Below are positions 1-7,525 of a stretch of DNA of 40,540 nucleotides, piece by piece. Location of the stretch: positions 932 through 41,471 of the forward strand of contig CAZWUX010000005.1 of assembly GCA_964637665.1 (NCBI GenBank), in the 5' to 3' direction. Within the stretch, counting starts at the first letter, position 1, and each line of letters opens with the position of its first letter. The translations under genes were made by a program, and so were the position numbers. Origin of the DNA: an uncultured Anaerolineae bacterium. Its GTDB lineage: Bacteria; Chloroflexota; Anaerolineae; Aggregatilineales; UBA3940. The notes under the pieces are model-generated. The model was not told the origin of the DNA. It did not search any database and worked only from the letters and a program-made list of their open reading frames with translations.

Positions 1-184
1 TTCCCCTGAAACCCTTCGCCGCGCCCTCCTCCCCGCCCCGCTTCCACGCGATGACGTTGCCCATCGGGTCGACCGTCACCTCATCGGCCAGCCCGTCGAT
101 CTCGCCCAGTATCACGTCGCGAATCCGGTCCTCGAACCCGCTGGGGCCGTACGTCTCGACGAGTTTGCGTATCGTTTCGATCAC
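1..184 (-). CDS. M42 family (TET/FrvX-like) peptidase, N-terminal fragment; third paralogue, gene continues beyond the window edge
   Basis: My own minus-strand translation from GTG 184-182 gives VIETIRKLVETYGPSGFEDRIRDVILGEIDGLADEVTVDPMGNVIAWKRGGEE. This parallels the N-termini of the two complete M42 genes (MDILRQLSEALGVSGAEAEV..VETDTMGNLLVLKKG). GGGAG lies about 8 nt upstream and an in-frame TGA lies 5 codons upstream. Not in the supplied ORF track because it runs off the window. Confidence 0.6.
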   Translation of the reverse strand, partial: MIETIRKLVETYGPSGFEDRIRDVILGEIDGLADEVTVDPMGNVIAWKRGGEEGAAKGFRG

Positions 185-217
185 TTCACCACTCCCATTT
201 CATGGCGGCGGGGCCGC

Positions 218-898
218 TCACGCGCGTGAGATGCTCCCGCCCCGCAGACCCTTGTAAAGATACATCGCGAGCAGCCCGGCGATGAAACCGCCGATGTGCG
301 CGAAATAGGCGACCCCGCCCGTCGCCCCGGATATCTGGCCGAGCGAGAAGATGCCGCGAAGCACCTGAATCCCGATCCACACGCCCAGCACGAGGATGGC
401 TGAAACCGTCGCCCGGCGCCAGAAGTAGCCCAGCGTCAGGATCACGTCGACGCGCGCCTGCGGGAACAGCGCGAGATAGCCGCCCAGCACCCCCGCGATC
501 GCACCGCTCGCGCCGAGGTTGGGCACGGTGCTCGCCGGACCGGCTAATGCCTGCGCGAAGGTCGCGAAGACCCCGCTGCCGAAGTAAAAGAGCAGGTAGA
601 GCACCGGGCCGAGCGTGTCCTCGACGTTGTCGCCGAAGATCCACAGGTAGAGCATGTTGCCGATCAGGTGCAGCCACCCGCCGTGCAGGAACATGGCGGT
701 GAACACGGTGATGAACTCCGCGCCGGGGTTGGCGATCAACTGCGCCGGGATGAACGCCCACCGCTGGAGGAATGGGTCAAGCTGGCCGCTCGCCAATAAA
801 AGCTGCTCGTATAGAAACACGATCGTGTTGACGGCGATCAGCCCGACGGTGACGACCGGGAACGTTCCGCTGGGGCGATGGTCGCGTATGGGGATCAC
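218..898 (-). CDS. Rhomboid family intramembrane serine protease
   Basis: Motifs FLHGGWLHLIGNMLYLWIFGDNVED and GASGAIAGVLGGY (catalytic GxSG) plus a downstream AHIGGF His. The ORF runs 218-1063, but I trimmed the start to GTG 898-896 so it does not overlap the NUDIX gene that ends at 921. Confidence 0.85.
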   Translation of the reverse strand: MIPIRDHRPSGTFPVVTVGLIAVNTIVFLYEQLLLASGQLDPFLQRWAFIPAQLIANPGAEFITVFTAMFLHGGWLHLIGNMLYLWIFGDNVEDTLGPVLYLLFYFGSGVFATFAQALAGPASTVPNLGASGAIAGVLGGYLALFPQARVDVILTLGYFWRRATVSAILVLGVWIGIQVLRGIFSLGQISGATGGVAYFAHIGGFIAGLLAMYLYKGLRGGSISRA

Positions 899-920
899 GG
901 TTTGCCCTCCCGATAAACCT

Positions 921-1346
921 CTACGTGCGCGCTCTGGCGGCGAAAAACTGGCGGAGGATCGCCTCGAAACCGAAGGCCAGCGGCAGGCCCGCCAGATCGG
1001 CTGGCCCGGCGAACCGTACGGCCTGTCCCTCGTATAATGGCAGATCGGCGGCGTCGACCTCAAGCTGGCCGGTGAAAAAGGTCTGCCTGACCGTATAATC
1101 GGCGCGCGGCGCGTCGACCGTTCGCCAGACCGTCAGCGGCAGGTCGAGCGCCATCTCCTCCCGAAGCTCGCGCCGTATGGCCTCGGCGGGCGTCTCGCCC
1201 GGCTCGACGTGCCCGCCGGGGATCGTCCAGTGGCCGGGGTAGAGCAGCGCCGGGTCGTCGTCGCGAAGCTGGAGCAGCACCTCCCCTGCCGGGTTAACCA
1301 GCAGCGCCGAGACGACGGGGACAGGTTGTCCGCGCGCCCCCGTCAC
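921..1346 (-). CDS. NUDIX hydrolase
   Basis: Nudix box GGHVEPGETPAEAIRRELREEMAL (Gx5Ex7REUxEExGU). GTG start. Confidence 0.85.
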   Translation of the reverse strand: MTGARGQPVPVVSALLVNPAGEVLLQLRDDDPALLYPGHWTIPGGHVEPGETPAEAIRRELREEMALDLPLTVWRTVDAPRADYTVRQTFFTGQLEVDAADLPLYEGQAVRFAGPADLAGLPLAFGFEAILRQFFAARART

Positions 1347-1449
1347 GGCATCCCGACCTGAGGGGCGGAAATCCCCCGGCAGGTCACAGGCCGGGGGAGG
1401 GCGGCGAAGCGCGGGCCGATACGCCCATCACCAGAGGGTGACATCACCA

Positions 1450-2481
1450 TCACCGGGCCAGCACGTTCCGGTCAAAGCGTTCGAGCGCCCCCCGCACCAG
1501 CCGGATCATGTTCTCGTAATCCCCCTTGCTGAGGATGGCCGCCGGGCTGTGAATGTAGCGGCACGGCACGGACACCGCGCCCGCCGGGATGCCCCCCAGC
1601 GCGTTCACGATGGCCCCGCCGTCCGTGCCCCCGATGCCCGGCTGCTTGACCTGCGTCGGGATGTCGAGCGCGCGCGCCGTCTCTTTAAGCAGGCGGTTGA
1701 TGCGCGCGTCGTAGATGACGCTGTGGTCCATCACGTTGAGCGCCGGGCCTTTGTGAAGCTCCGTCGTTGGCGAAACGTCGTCCTCTTTCGGTAGGTCGTC
1801 CGCGATGGTCCCTTCCAGCACGAAAGCGGCGTCCGGCTCGACGCGGTGGGCGGCGATCTGCGCCCCGCGCAGCCCGACCTCCTCCTGCACGGCGAACACC
1901 CCCCACAGGTCGAACGGGAACGGCTCGCCCTGAAGCAGGTGGACCAGCACCGCGCAGCCCGCCCGGTCGTCGAACGCCTTGCCGCGCACCGTCGGACCGA
2001 GGTCCATAAAGGCCGAGTCGAACGCGATGCGCGTGCCGAGCGGGGCCTGCTTGCGGGCGGCCTCCTTCTTCGTCTCGCCGATGTCGACCCGCATGTCGTC
2101 CAGCTTGACGACCTTTTTCCGCTCGGTCGCCGAGAGCAGGTGGATGGGCTTCGCGCCGATCACGCCGGGCAGCTTGCCTTTGCCGACCAGCACGCGCGTC
2201 CCCGGCAGGATGCGGTCGTCGAGGCCGCCTACCGACCGGATTTTCAGCATCCCATCCGACGTGTAGCCCGTCACCATCAGCCCGACCTCGTCCATGTGGG
2301 CGTCGACGAGCACCTTCAGCCCGTCCGCGCCCGTGCCTTTCTTGAGCACGAGCAGATTGCCCATCGTATCCGTCTCGACGGCGTCGACGTGCGGCTCGAT
2401 CAGGTCGAGGATCACACGCCGGACCTCGGCCTCCGCCCCGCTGACTCCGAGCGCCTCAGAAAGCTGCCTCAGGATGTCCAT
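1450..2481 (-). CDS. M42 family metallo-aminopeptidase (TET/FrvX/endoglucanase-like)
   Basis: Family hallmarks include DAHMDEVGLMV, FAVQEEVGLRGA and the PCRYIHSP end region. Start trimmed to the ATG at 2481 (MDILRQL...); the ORF's 36-codon 5' extension overlaps the upstream small gene. Confidence 0.9.
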   Translation of the reverse strand: MDILRQLSEALGVSGAEAEVRRVILDLIEPHVDAVETDTMGNLLVLKKGTGADGLKVLVDAHMDEVGLMVTGYTSDGMLKIRSVGGLDDRILPGTRVLVGKGKLPGVIGAKPIHLLSATERKKVVKLDDMRVDIGETKKEAARKQAPLGTRIAFDSAFMDLGPTVRGKAFDDRAGCAVLVHLLQGEPFPFDLWGVFAVQEEVGLRGAQIAAHRVEPDAAFVLEGTIADDLPKEDDVSPTTELHKGPALNVMDHSVIYDARINRLLKETARALDIPTQVKQPGIGGTDGGAIVNALGGIPAGAVSVPCRYIHSPAAILSKGDYENMIRLVRGALERFDRNVLAR

Positions 2482-2489
2482 AAACCGCC

Positions 2490-2687
2490 TTATTTGTCCT
2501 TTGATTCGCCGAACCGGGGTGCGAGCATCATCCCCAGAAAAAGCAGCACCAGCCCCAGCCAGCGCAGGACGCCGTGCGCCAGCAGCCACAGCGCGACCCC
2601 GCCGAGGGCCAGCGCCGCGCCGAGCGCGAAAGCGGCGGTGCGATGCGCCTCCAGCCAGAGAAAGAACCGTTCGACCAGCCCGCTCAC
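2490..2687 (-). CDS. Small (65 aa) two-helix membrane protein, unknown function
   Basis: The ORF exactly fills the gap between neighbouring genes. Two hydrophobic helices (AAFALGAALALGGVALWLLA and WLGLVLLFLGMMLA). No recognisable family. Confidence 0.45.
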   Translation of the reverse strand: MSGLVERFFLWLEAHRTAAFALGAALALGGVALWLLAHGVLRWLGLVLLFLGMMLAPRFGESKDK

Positions 2688-2691
2688 CGGG

Positions 2692-2889
2692 CTAACTCCG
2701 GGCGGCGCGGTCTGCGCCGAAGCCGGGGATGATCGCCAGCCCGGCGACGATCAGGCCCATGCCGAGCATCGCCAGCGGCAGGCTGACCTGCACATAAAGG
2801 TCGCTCAGCAGCACGCCTGCGCTGGTCAGGATCATCGCCACGATGACCCGCGCCACAAACGAACCGTAGAGCCGCTTCACAAGGTCCAT
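2692..2889 (-). CDS. Small (65 aa) two-helix membrane protein, unknown function
   Basis: The ORF lies 4 nt upstream of the previous small gene and 21 nt downstream of the M42 gene. Two hydrophobic helices (FVARVIVAMILTSAGVLL and LAMLGMGLIVAGLAII). Confidence 0.45.
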   Translation of the reverse strand: MDLVKRLYGSFVARVIVAMILTSAGVLLSDLYVQVSLPLAMLGMGLIVAGLAIIPGFGADRAARS

Positions 2890-2910
2890 GATGCCATCCG
2901 TCCGGTGGGG

Positions 2911-3969
2911 TTAATCCGCGTCGAGCGCCAGCCTGTCCAGCGTCGTCCCGTCGAGGTCGCTGACGAACGCGGCGATGAGCCGCGCGACGCGCCTGATGTC
3001 CTTCAGGGAGATGATCTCGACCGGTGTGTGCATGTTTCGCAGGGGGATGCCGATGATCGCCGTTGGCACGCCGTCCCGGCTGACCTGAATCGGCCATCCC
3101 TCCGTGCCGGAATGGCGTGGCGCGGGTTCGGGGTGCAGACTGATGTCCAGCCGCTCGGCTTTCTCGCGCAGCATGTCGAACAACTTCGGGTGGGCGTTCG
3201 GCCCGATGACGATGGAAGGCCCCTCGCCGAGCTTGAAGCCGTCATCCTCCGAGACGCCGCCGCCCGTCCCGAAGGTAACGTCGACCACGATGGCGATGTC
3301 AGGCCGGGTGCGCCACGCGATGGTCTGCCCGCCGCCGAGCGTGACCTCCTCCTGCACGGTCGCCGCGACGAGTACGTCCCACGTATGGGTGCGGCCCGCC
3401 AGCTCGTGGAGAAGCTGTGTCAGCGCCGCGACCGACGCCCGGTTGTCGAGCGCCTTTCCGCTGATCAGATCGCCGCCGAGCTTCACCGGCTCCTGCGCGA
3501 AGGTGACGGGCGTGCCGATCGGAACGAGCGATTTCATCGTTTCTTCGTCCAGCCCGGTGTCGACGACGAGATCGTCCATCGCGGGGTAGTCGTTACGCTC
3601 GCTCGCGGGCAGGACGTGAGGCGGTCGGCTGCCGATCAGGCCGGGCAGGTCCCGCTCGCCGTGTACGACGACCGGCTGGCTGAGCAAAACGCGCCGGTCG
3701 ATGCCGCCCACATGCGTGACGCGCAAAAACGCGTCCTCGACGCGCGTCACCATCAGACCGATCTCGTCCATGTGGGCCGTGACGAGCGCGCGGCGGCGCG
3801 GCGGCTCGCCGTTCCCGTGCAGGGTGGCGAGCAGCGTGCCCAGCCCGTCGACCTCGAACCCATCCGCCAGCCCCTCCCACGCGGCGCGGATCGTCTCCCG
3901 CACGGACGATTCATACCCGGAGATGCCGGGCGCTTTCGAAAGCGCGATCAAATGTTTTTCCAGGTCCAT
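2911..3969 (-). CDS. M42 family metallo-aminopeptidase (TET/FrvX-like), paralogue of 1450-2481
   Basis: MDLEKHLIALSKAPGISGYESSVRETI..., TAHMDEIGLMV, ATVQEEVTLGG and IPLRNMHTP all parallel the other M42 copy. Confidence 0.9.
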   Translation of the reverse strand: MDLEKHLIALSKAPGISGYESSVRETIRAAWEGLADGFEVDGLGTLLATLHGNGEPPRRRALVTAHMDEIGLMVTRVEDAFLRVTHVGGIDRRVLLSQPVVVHGERDLPGLIGSRPPHVLPASERNDYPAMDDLVVDTGLDEETMKSLVPIGTPVTFAQEPVKLGGDLISGKALDNRASVAALTQLLHELAGRTHTWDVLVAATVQEEVTLGGGQTIAWRTRPDIAIVVDVTFGTGGGVSEDDGFKLGEGPSIVIGPNAHPKLFDMLREKAERLDISLHPEPAPRHSGTEGWPIQVSRDGVPTAIIGIPLRNMHTPVEIISLKDIRRVARLIAAFVSDLDGTTLDRLALDAD

Positions 3970-4045
3970 GCCTGTGTCTTTTCTATCTGTCGTGTAAGTG
4001 CAGCCACAAGTGCATCCACCTTAATCCGGCTGGAAAAAGCTGCAC

Positions 4046-5182
4046 CTATGGCGCGTTGACGGTGATCGTCACGGTGGCGGAGTCCGTGCCGCCGTTGCCA
4101 TCCGAAATGGTGTAGTTGAACGAGTCCCCGCCGGTGAAGCCGCCGTCGGGCGTGTAACGCAGCCTACCCGGCCCGGTCTGCTCGACCGTGCCGTCATCCG
4201 GCTGCGTGAAGGAGTTGATGGTCAGATCGTCTCCGTTCGGGTCACTGTCGTTGTTCAGGACATTGACGGCGACCGGGCTGCCCGCCGTTGTGGATGCGCT
4301 GTCGTCGTTAGCGGTGGGCGGCTGGTTGGCCTCAACCGTCACGGTGACCGTCGCCGTGTCCGTGCCGCCGCGCCCATCCGACACGGTGTAACTGAACAAA
4401 TCCGTGCCGGAGAAACCGCCCGCCGGGGTGTAGCGGCACTGCGCCCCACCGGAGCAGTCCACCGTGCCACCCTCGCCGGACGTTTCATCATAATCCGAGA
4501 TCGTCAGCGAATCGCCGTTCGGATCGGTGTCGTTGCCCAGCACGTTGATGTCGACGGGTTCACCCTGGCCGGTCGATGCGCTGTCCGCATTGGCGGTCGG
4601 CGGCTGGTTGGCCCCGGCGGTGGCCGTCAGGTTGGCGTTCGCCGTCGCCGTCGCATTGGCATTCGCCGTCGCCGTTGCGTTGGCGTTCGCCGTCGCCGTC
4701 GCGTTGGCATTCGCCGTGGCGGTTGCGTTGGCGTTCGCCGTCGCCGTCTGGTCGAGCGCCTGCTGGGTCTGGGTGGCCTGCATCTGCTGGGTGGGGGCGA
4801 CGGCGGTGGCGGTCAGGCTGTTGGCCCCCTGTGTGAGCAGCGCCTCGACGGTCGCCGTCGCGTCGAGGTCGGGCGTCGTCGTGATGGTGGGCGTGCGGGT
4901 CGGCGTGCTCGTCTCTGGCTCGAACTGGGTGGGCGTCACCGGGAGGGTGAGCGTCGGGCCGCCGGGCGTGATCGTGGGCGTCTCGGTGATCGTTTCCGTT
5001 ACGGCGGGCGTCTCGCTGACGGCGAGGCTGGGAGTCGGCGTCGGGCGGCCTTCCCCACCGCTGAACCCGACGAGCATGACGATGCCGCAGAAGTAGCACG
5101 GCAGCGTCCCCAGGATGACGTAGATCAGGGTGCGGTGCGTGCGGCGGCGGCGCTCCTCGATTGTCGGATAGCTGTCAGTCAT
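4046..5182 (-). CDS. N-terminally membrane-anchored surface protein: Thr/Pro-rich linker, (ANANATAT)n tract and two Ig/cadherin-like (tandem-95-type) repeats
   Basis: Two roughly 95-aa repeats with NQPPTAN.DSAST..G.PV..NVL.ND.DPNGD.LTI...RYTP..GF.G.D.F.YT.SDG.GGTD.ATVT.TV. TM helix LIYVILGTLPCYFCGIVMLVGF. Start trimmed to the ATG at 5182 (MTDSYPTIEE...). Confidence 0.75.
   Translation of the reverse strand: MTDSYPTIEERRRRTHRTLIYVILGTLPCYFCGIVMLVGFSGGEGRPTPTPSLAVSETPAVTETITETPTITPGGPTLTLPVTPTQFEPETSTPTRTPTITTTPDLDATATVEALLTQGANSLTATAVAPTQQMQATQTQQALDQTATANANATATANANATATANANATATANANATATANANLTATAGANQPPTANADSASTGQGEPVDINVLGNDTDPNGDSLTISDYDETSGEGGTVDCSGGAQCRYTPAGGFSGTDLFSYTVSDGRGGTDTATVTVTVEANQPPTANDDSASTTAGSPVAVNVLNNDSDPNGDDLTINSFTQPDDGTVEQTGPGRLRYTPDGGFTGGDSFNYTISDGNGGTDSATVTITVNAP
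4623..4748 (-). repeat. In-frame 24-nt tandem repeat (about 5 copies) encoding (ANANATAT)n
   Basis: Plus-strand unit gcgttggcattcgccgtcgccgtc/gcattggcattcgccgtcgccgtt repeated head to tail. The protein reads ATANANATATANANATATANANATATANANATATANANLTATA. Confidence 0.85.
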
Positions 5183-5461
5183 ACCGGTAATGCTTCCCCT
5201 GAATGGCGGCGCTGCCCGGTGGCAGACCGAGGTCAGTCTAGCACGCAGGGGGGGATGTGTCAACGAAGGTGGGGGTCTGGAGCCTGTTCCAAAATGTGGA
5301 TGAAACGCTCCGGGCCGGACGTTCAGGCCGGGGGCGGCTGTCACGGTCGGGTATTCAGGTTCTGATGTTCTTCCGGCGGCCCGCCCGCCATCTTTTTTAA
5401 TCCGCCAGCAAACTGAATATAATCGAGCCTGACCGTCCACTGCGTCATTATTGGGGAAGTC

Positions 5462-7486
5462 ATGTCATCGTCGCTCATCGGCCAGAAGCTGGGCCAGTAC
5501 GAGATACGCGCGCTGCTGGGGAAGGGCGGCATGTCGACGGTGTATCTCGCCTACCAGCCCGTGATGGACCGCGTCGTGGCGGTGAAGGTGCTGCCCCCCG
5601 AATTTCTGCACGACGAGACGTTCCTCACCCGGTTCCGGCGCGAGATTCAGACCATCGCCAACCTGGAGCACCTGCACATCCTGCCGGTGTATGACGTGGG
5701 CGAGGCGGAGAGTGTGCCCTACTTCGTGATGCGCTATCTGGCGGGCGGCACGCTGGCCGATCTGATCGTCGACCGCCTGCCCGACATGCGGACCGTGCTC
5801 CGCGTGACCGAGCAGATCGCCGGGGCGCTCGACTACGCCCACCAGCGCGGCATCATCCACCGCGACCTCAAGCCGTCGAACATCCTGCTCGACGGGGGCG
5901 GCAACGCCTATCTGGCCGATTTCGGGATCGCGCGCATTCAGGAGGCGGTCAGCGTGACGACCGGCTCCCACGTGATCGGCACGCCGCGCTACGTCGCGCC
6001 GGAGATGGTGCGGCAGGGCGAGAAGATCACCCCGTCCGTCGACGTGTACGCGCTGGGCGTCATCGTCTACGAGATGCTGGCGGGCGAGCCGCCTTACGTC
6101 GACGACGACCCGATGAAGGTGCTCGCGGCCCACGTCATGGAGCCGATCCCCTCGGTGCGGGACTTCGACCCCAACCTCAGCCCGGTGATCGATGTCGTGC
6201 TGCGGCGCTGCCTCGCCAAGCAGCCGCGCGACCGCTACCCGTCGGCGGGCGAGTTCGTGTCCGCGCTGCGCAAGGCATCTCAGGCGGGGTTCGATACGCT
6301 GGAGTCGCTGCCCCCCATCAGCGAGGCGACGCCTTCCCCCGATCGGCCCGATCAGGACTGGACTCCTCACCCCGCCGCAGCGCCGCGTCCACGTCGGCGC
6401 AGGCGGGATGCCCCTGACAGGCCGCGTTTCGGCGGCTGCCTGATCGGGCTGGGAATTTTGCTGGCGTTGATCGTGGGGATGGGGGCCGCCGCCTTCTATC
6501 TGACAGACGGCGCGCCGCTGACACTGCTGGCCGTGCTGACGCCCATCGCAACGCGGCCTGCGACCCCAACCGTCACGCCTGTTGCGATTACGGCGACACC
6601 TCCCCCGTCTAACCAGACGCCATCGCCCTCCGCGCCGCCGATCCTCCCCCTACCTGAATCCGGTGCGCGGCTGGCCTTCGCCTCGAACCGGGACGGCGAT
6701 TACGAAATTTACCTGATGGATATCGACGGCGAAAACCTGACTCAGCTTACCGACAACGGCGTATATGATTTCGACCCGGCCTGGTCGCCCGACGGCAACC
6801 AGATCGTCTATGCGTCGACGGTGGGCGGCGACGCCGAGATCGTGGTGATGGACGCCGACGGCGGAAACGCGCAGGCGCTGACCGAGAACACGGCGCGCGA
6901 CGCCGGCCCGGCTTGGTCGCCGGACGGATCGCGCATCGCCTTCGCGTCCGACCGGGAGGGCAGCTTCGACATCTACCTGATGGACCCCGACGGCGGCAAC
7001 CTCACCCGCCTGACGAGCGACGAGGGCATCGACGAGCTTGACCCGGCGTGGTCGCCGGACGGATCGCAGATCGCCTATTACACTCGTCGGGACGAGGAGG
7101 CCGAGACGACCGAGATATACGTCATTCCGGCGGCGGGCGGGGAGGCGCGGCGCCTGACGGAGAACGGCACCATCGATCAGTGGCCTGACTGGTCGCCAGA
7201 TGAGGGGAATCTGGCTTATACTTCAGGCGAGGGGCTGACGCGTGGGCGGCGGGCCATCTTCGTGCTCGATCTCGCCACGCTGCAAGCCCGCCGGATGACG
7301 GATGGGACGGCCAGAGACGACGACCCGGCGTGGTCGCCGGACGGCAGCGCCATCGCATTCGATTCAGACCGGGACGGAGACGGCTATTTCGACCTCTACG
7401 TGTTGAACACCGGCGCGCGTGAGCTTCGTCAGGTGACGACTGAACAGGCGAACGACGTTGCCCCGGCATGGCAGCCTCTGCCATGA
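5462..7486 (+). CDS. Transmembrane Ser/Thr protein kinase (Hanks type) with extracytoplasmic TolB-like (PD40/WD40-like) beta-propeller
   Basis: GKGGMSTVY G-loop, VAVK (K42), HRDLKPSN (D135), DFG (153-155) and YVAPE. TM helix CLIGLGILLALIVGMGAAAFYL. Five repeats of D/GPAWSPDG..IA/VY/F. Confidence 0.9.
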   Translation: MSSSLIGQKLGQYEIRALLGKGGMSTVYLAYQPVMDRVVAVKVLPPEFLHDETFLTRFRREIQTIANLEHLHILPVYDVGEAESVPYFVMRYLAGGTLADLIVDRLPDMRTVLRVTEQIAGALDYAHQRGIIHRDLKPSNILLDGGGNAYLADFGIARIQEAVSVTTGSHVIGTPRYVAPEMVRQGEKITPSVDVYALGVIVYEMLAGEPPYVDDDPMKVLAAHVMEPIPSVRDFDPNLSPVIDVVLRRCLAKQPRDRYPSAGEFVSALRKASQAGFDTLESLPPISEATPSPDRPDQDWTPHPAAAPRPRRRRRDAPDRPRFGGCLIGLGILLALIVGMGAAAFYLTDGAPLTLLAVLTPIATRPATPTVTPVAITATPPPSNQTPSPSAPPILPLPESGARLAFASNRDGDYEIYLMDIDGENLTQLTDNGVYDFDPAWSPDGNQIVYASTVGGDAEIVVMDADGGNAQALTENTARDAGPAWSPDGSRIAFASDREGSFDIYLMDPDGGNLTRLTSDEGIDELDPAWSPDGSQIAYYTRRDEEAETTEIYVIPAAGGEARRLTENGTIDQWPDWSPDEGNLAYTSGEGLTRGRRAIFVLDLATLQARRMTDGTARDDDPAWSPDGSAIAFDSDRDGDGYFDLYVLNTGARELRQVTTEQANDVAPAWQPLP

Positions 7487-7525
7487 ACTTCAACTGCCGA
7501 CGCCAACCAGCTGGAAAGGACTGTC

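Noticed and set aside
186-761. A 191-aa minus-strand ORF overlapping the rhomboid gene in another frame.
   Set aside because: The overlapping frame (218-898) carries the rhomboid catalytic motifs. This frame is Arg/Gly/Pro-rich with no motifs.
1846-4059. A 737-aa plus-strand ORF spanning several genes.
   Set aside because: It runs antisense across four well-supported minus-strand genes (two M42 peptidases and two small genes) and their intergenic gaps. Its Arg/Ala/Pro/Gly-rich, low-complexity translation is typical of stop-codon-poor antisense frames in high-G+C DNA. It shows no recognisable motifs.
4623-4748. The regular short repeats might have been a CRISPR array.
   Set aside because: The units are contiguous with no spacers, only 24 nt long, and in frame inside a coding sequence, where they encode ANANATAT. 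No cas genes are present.
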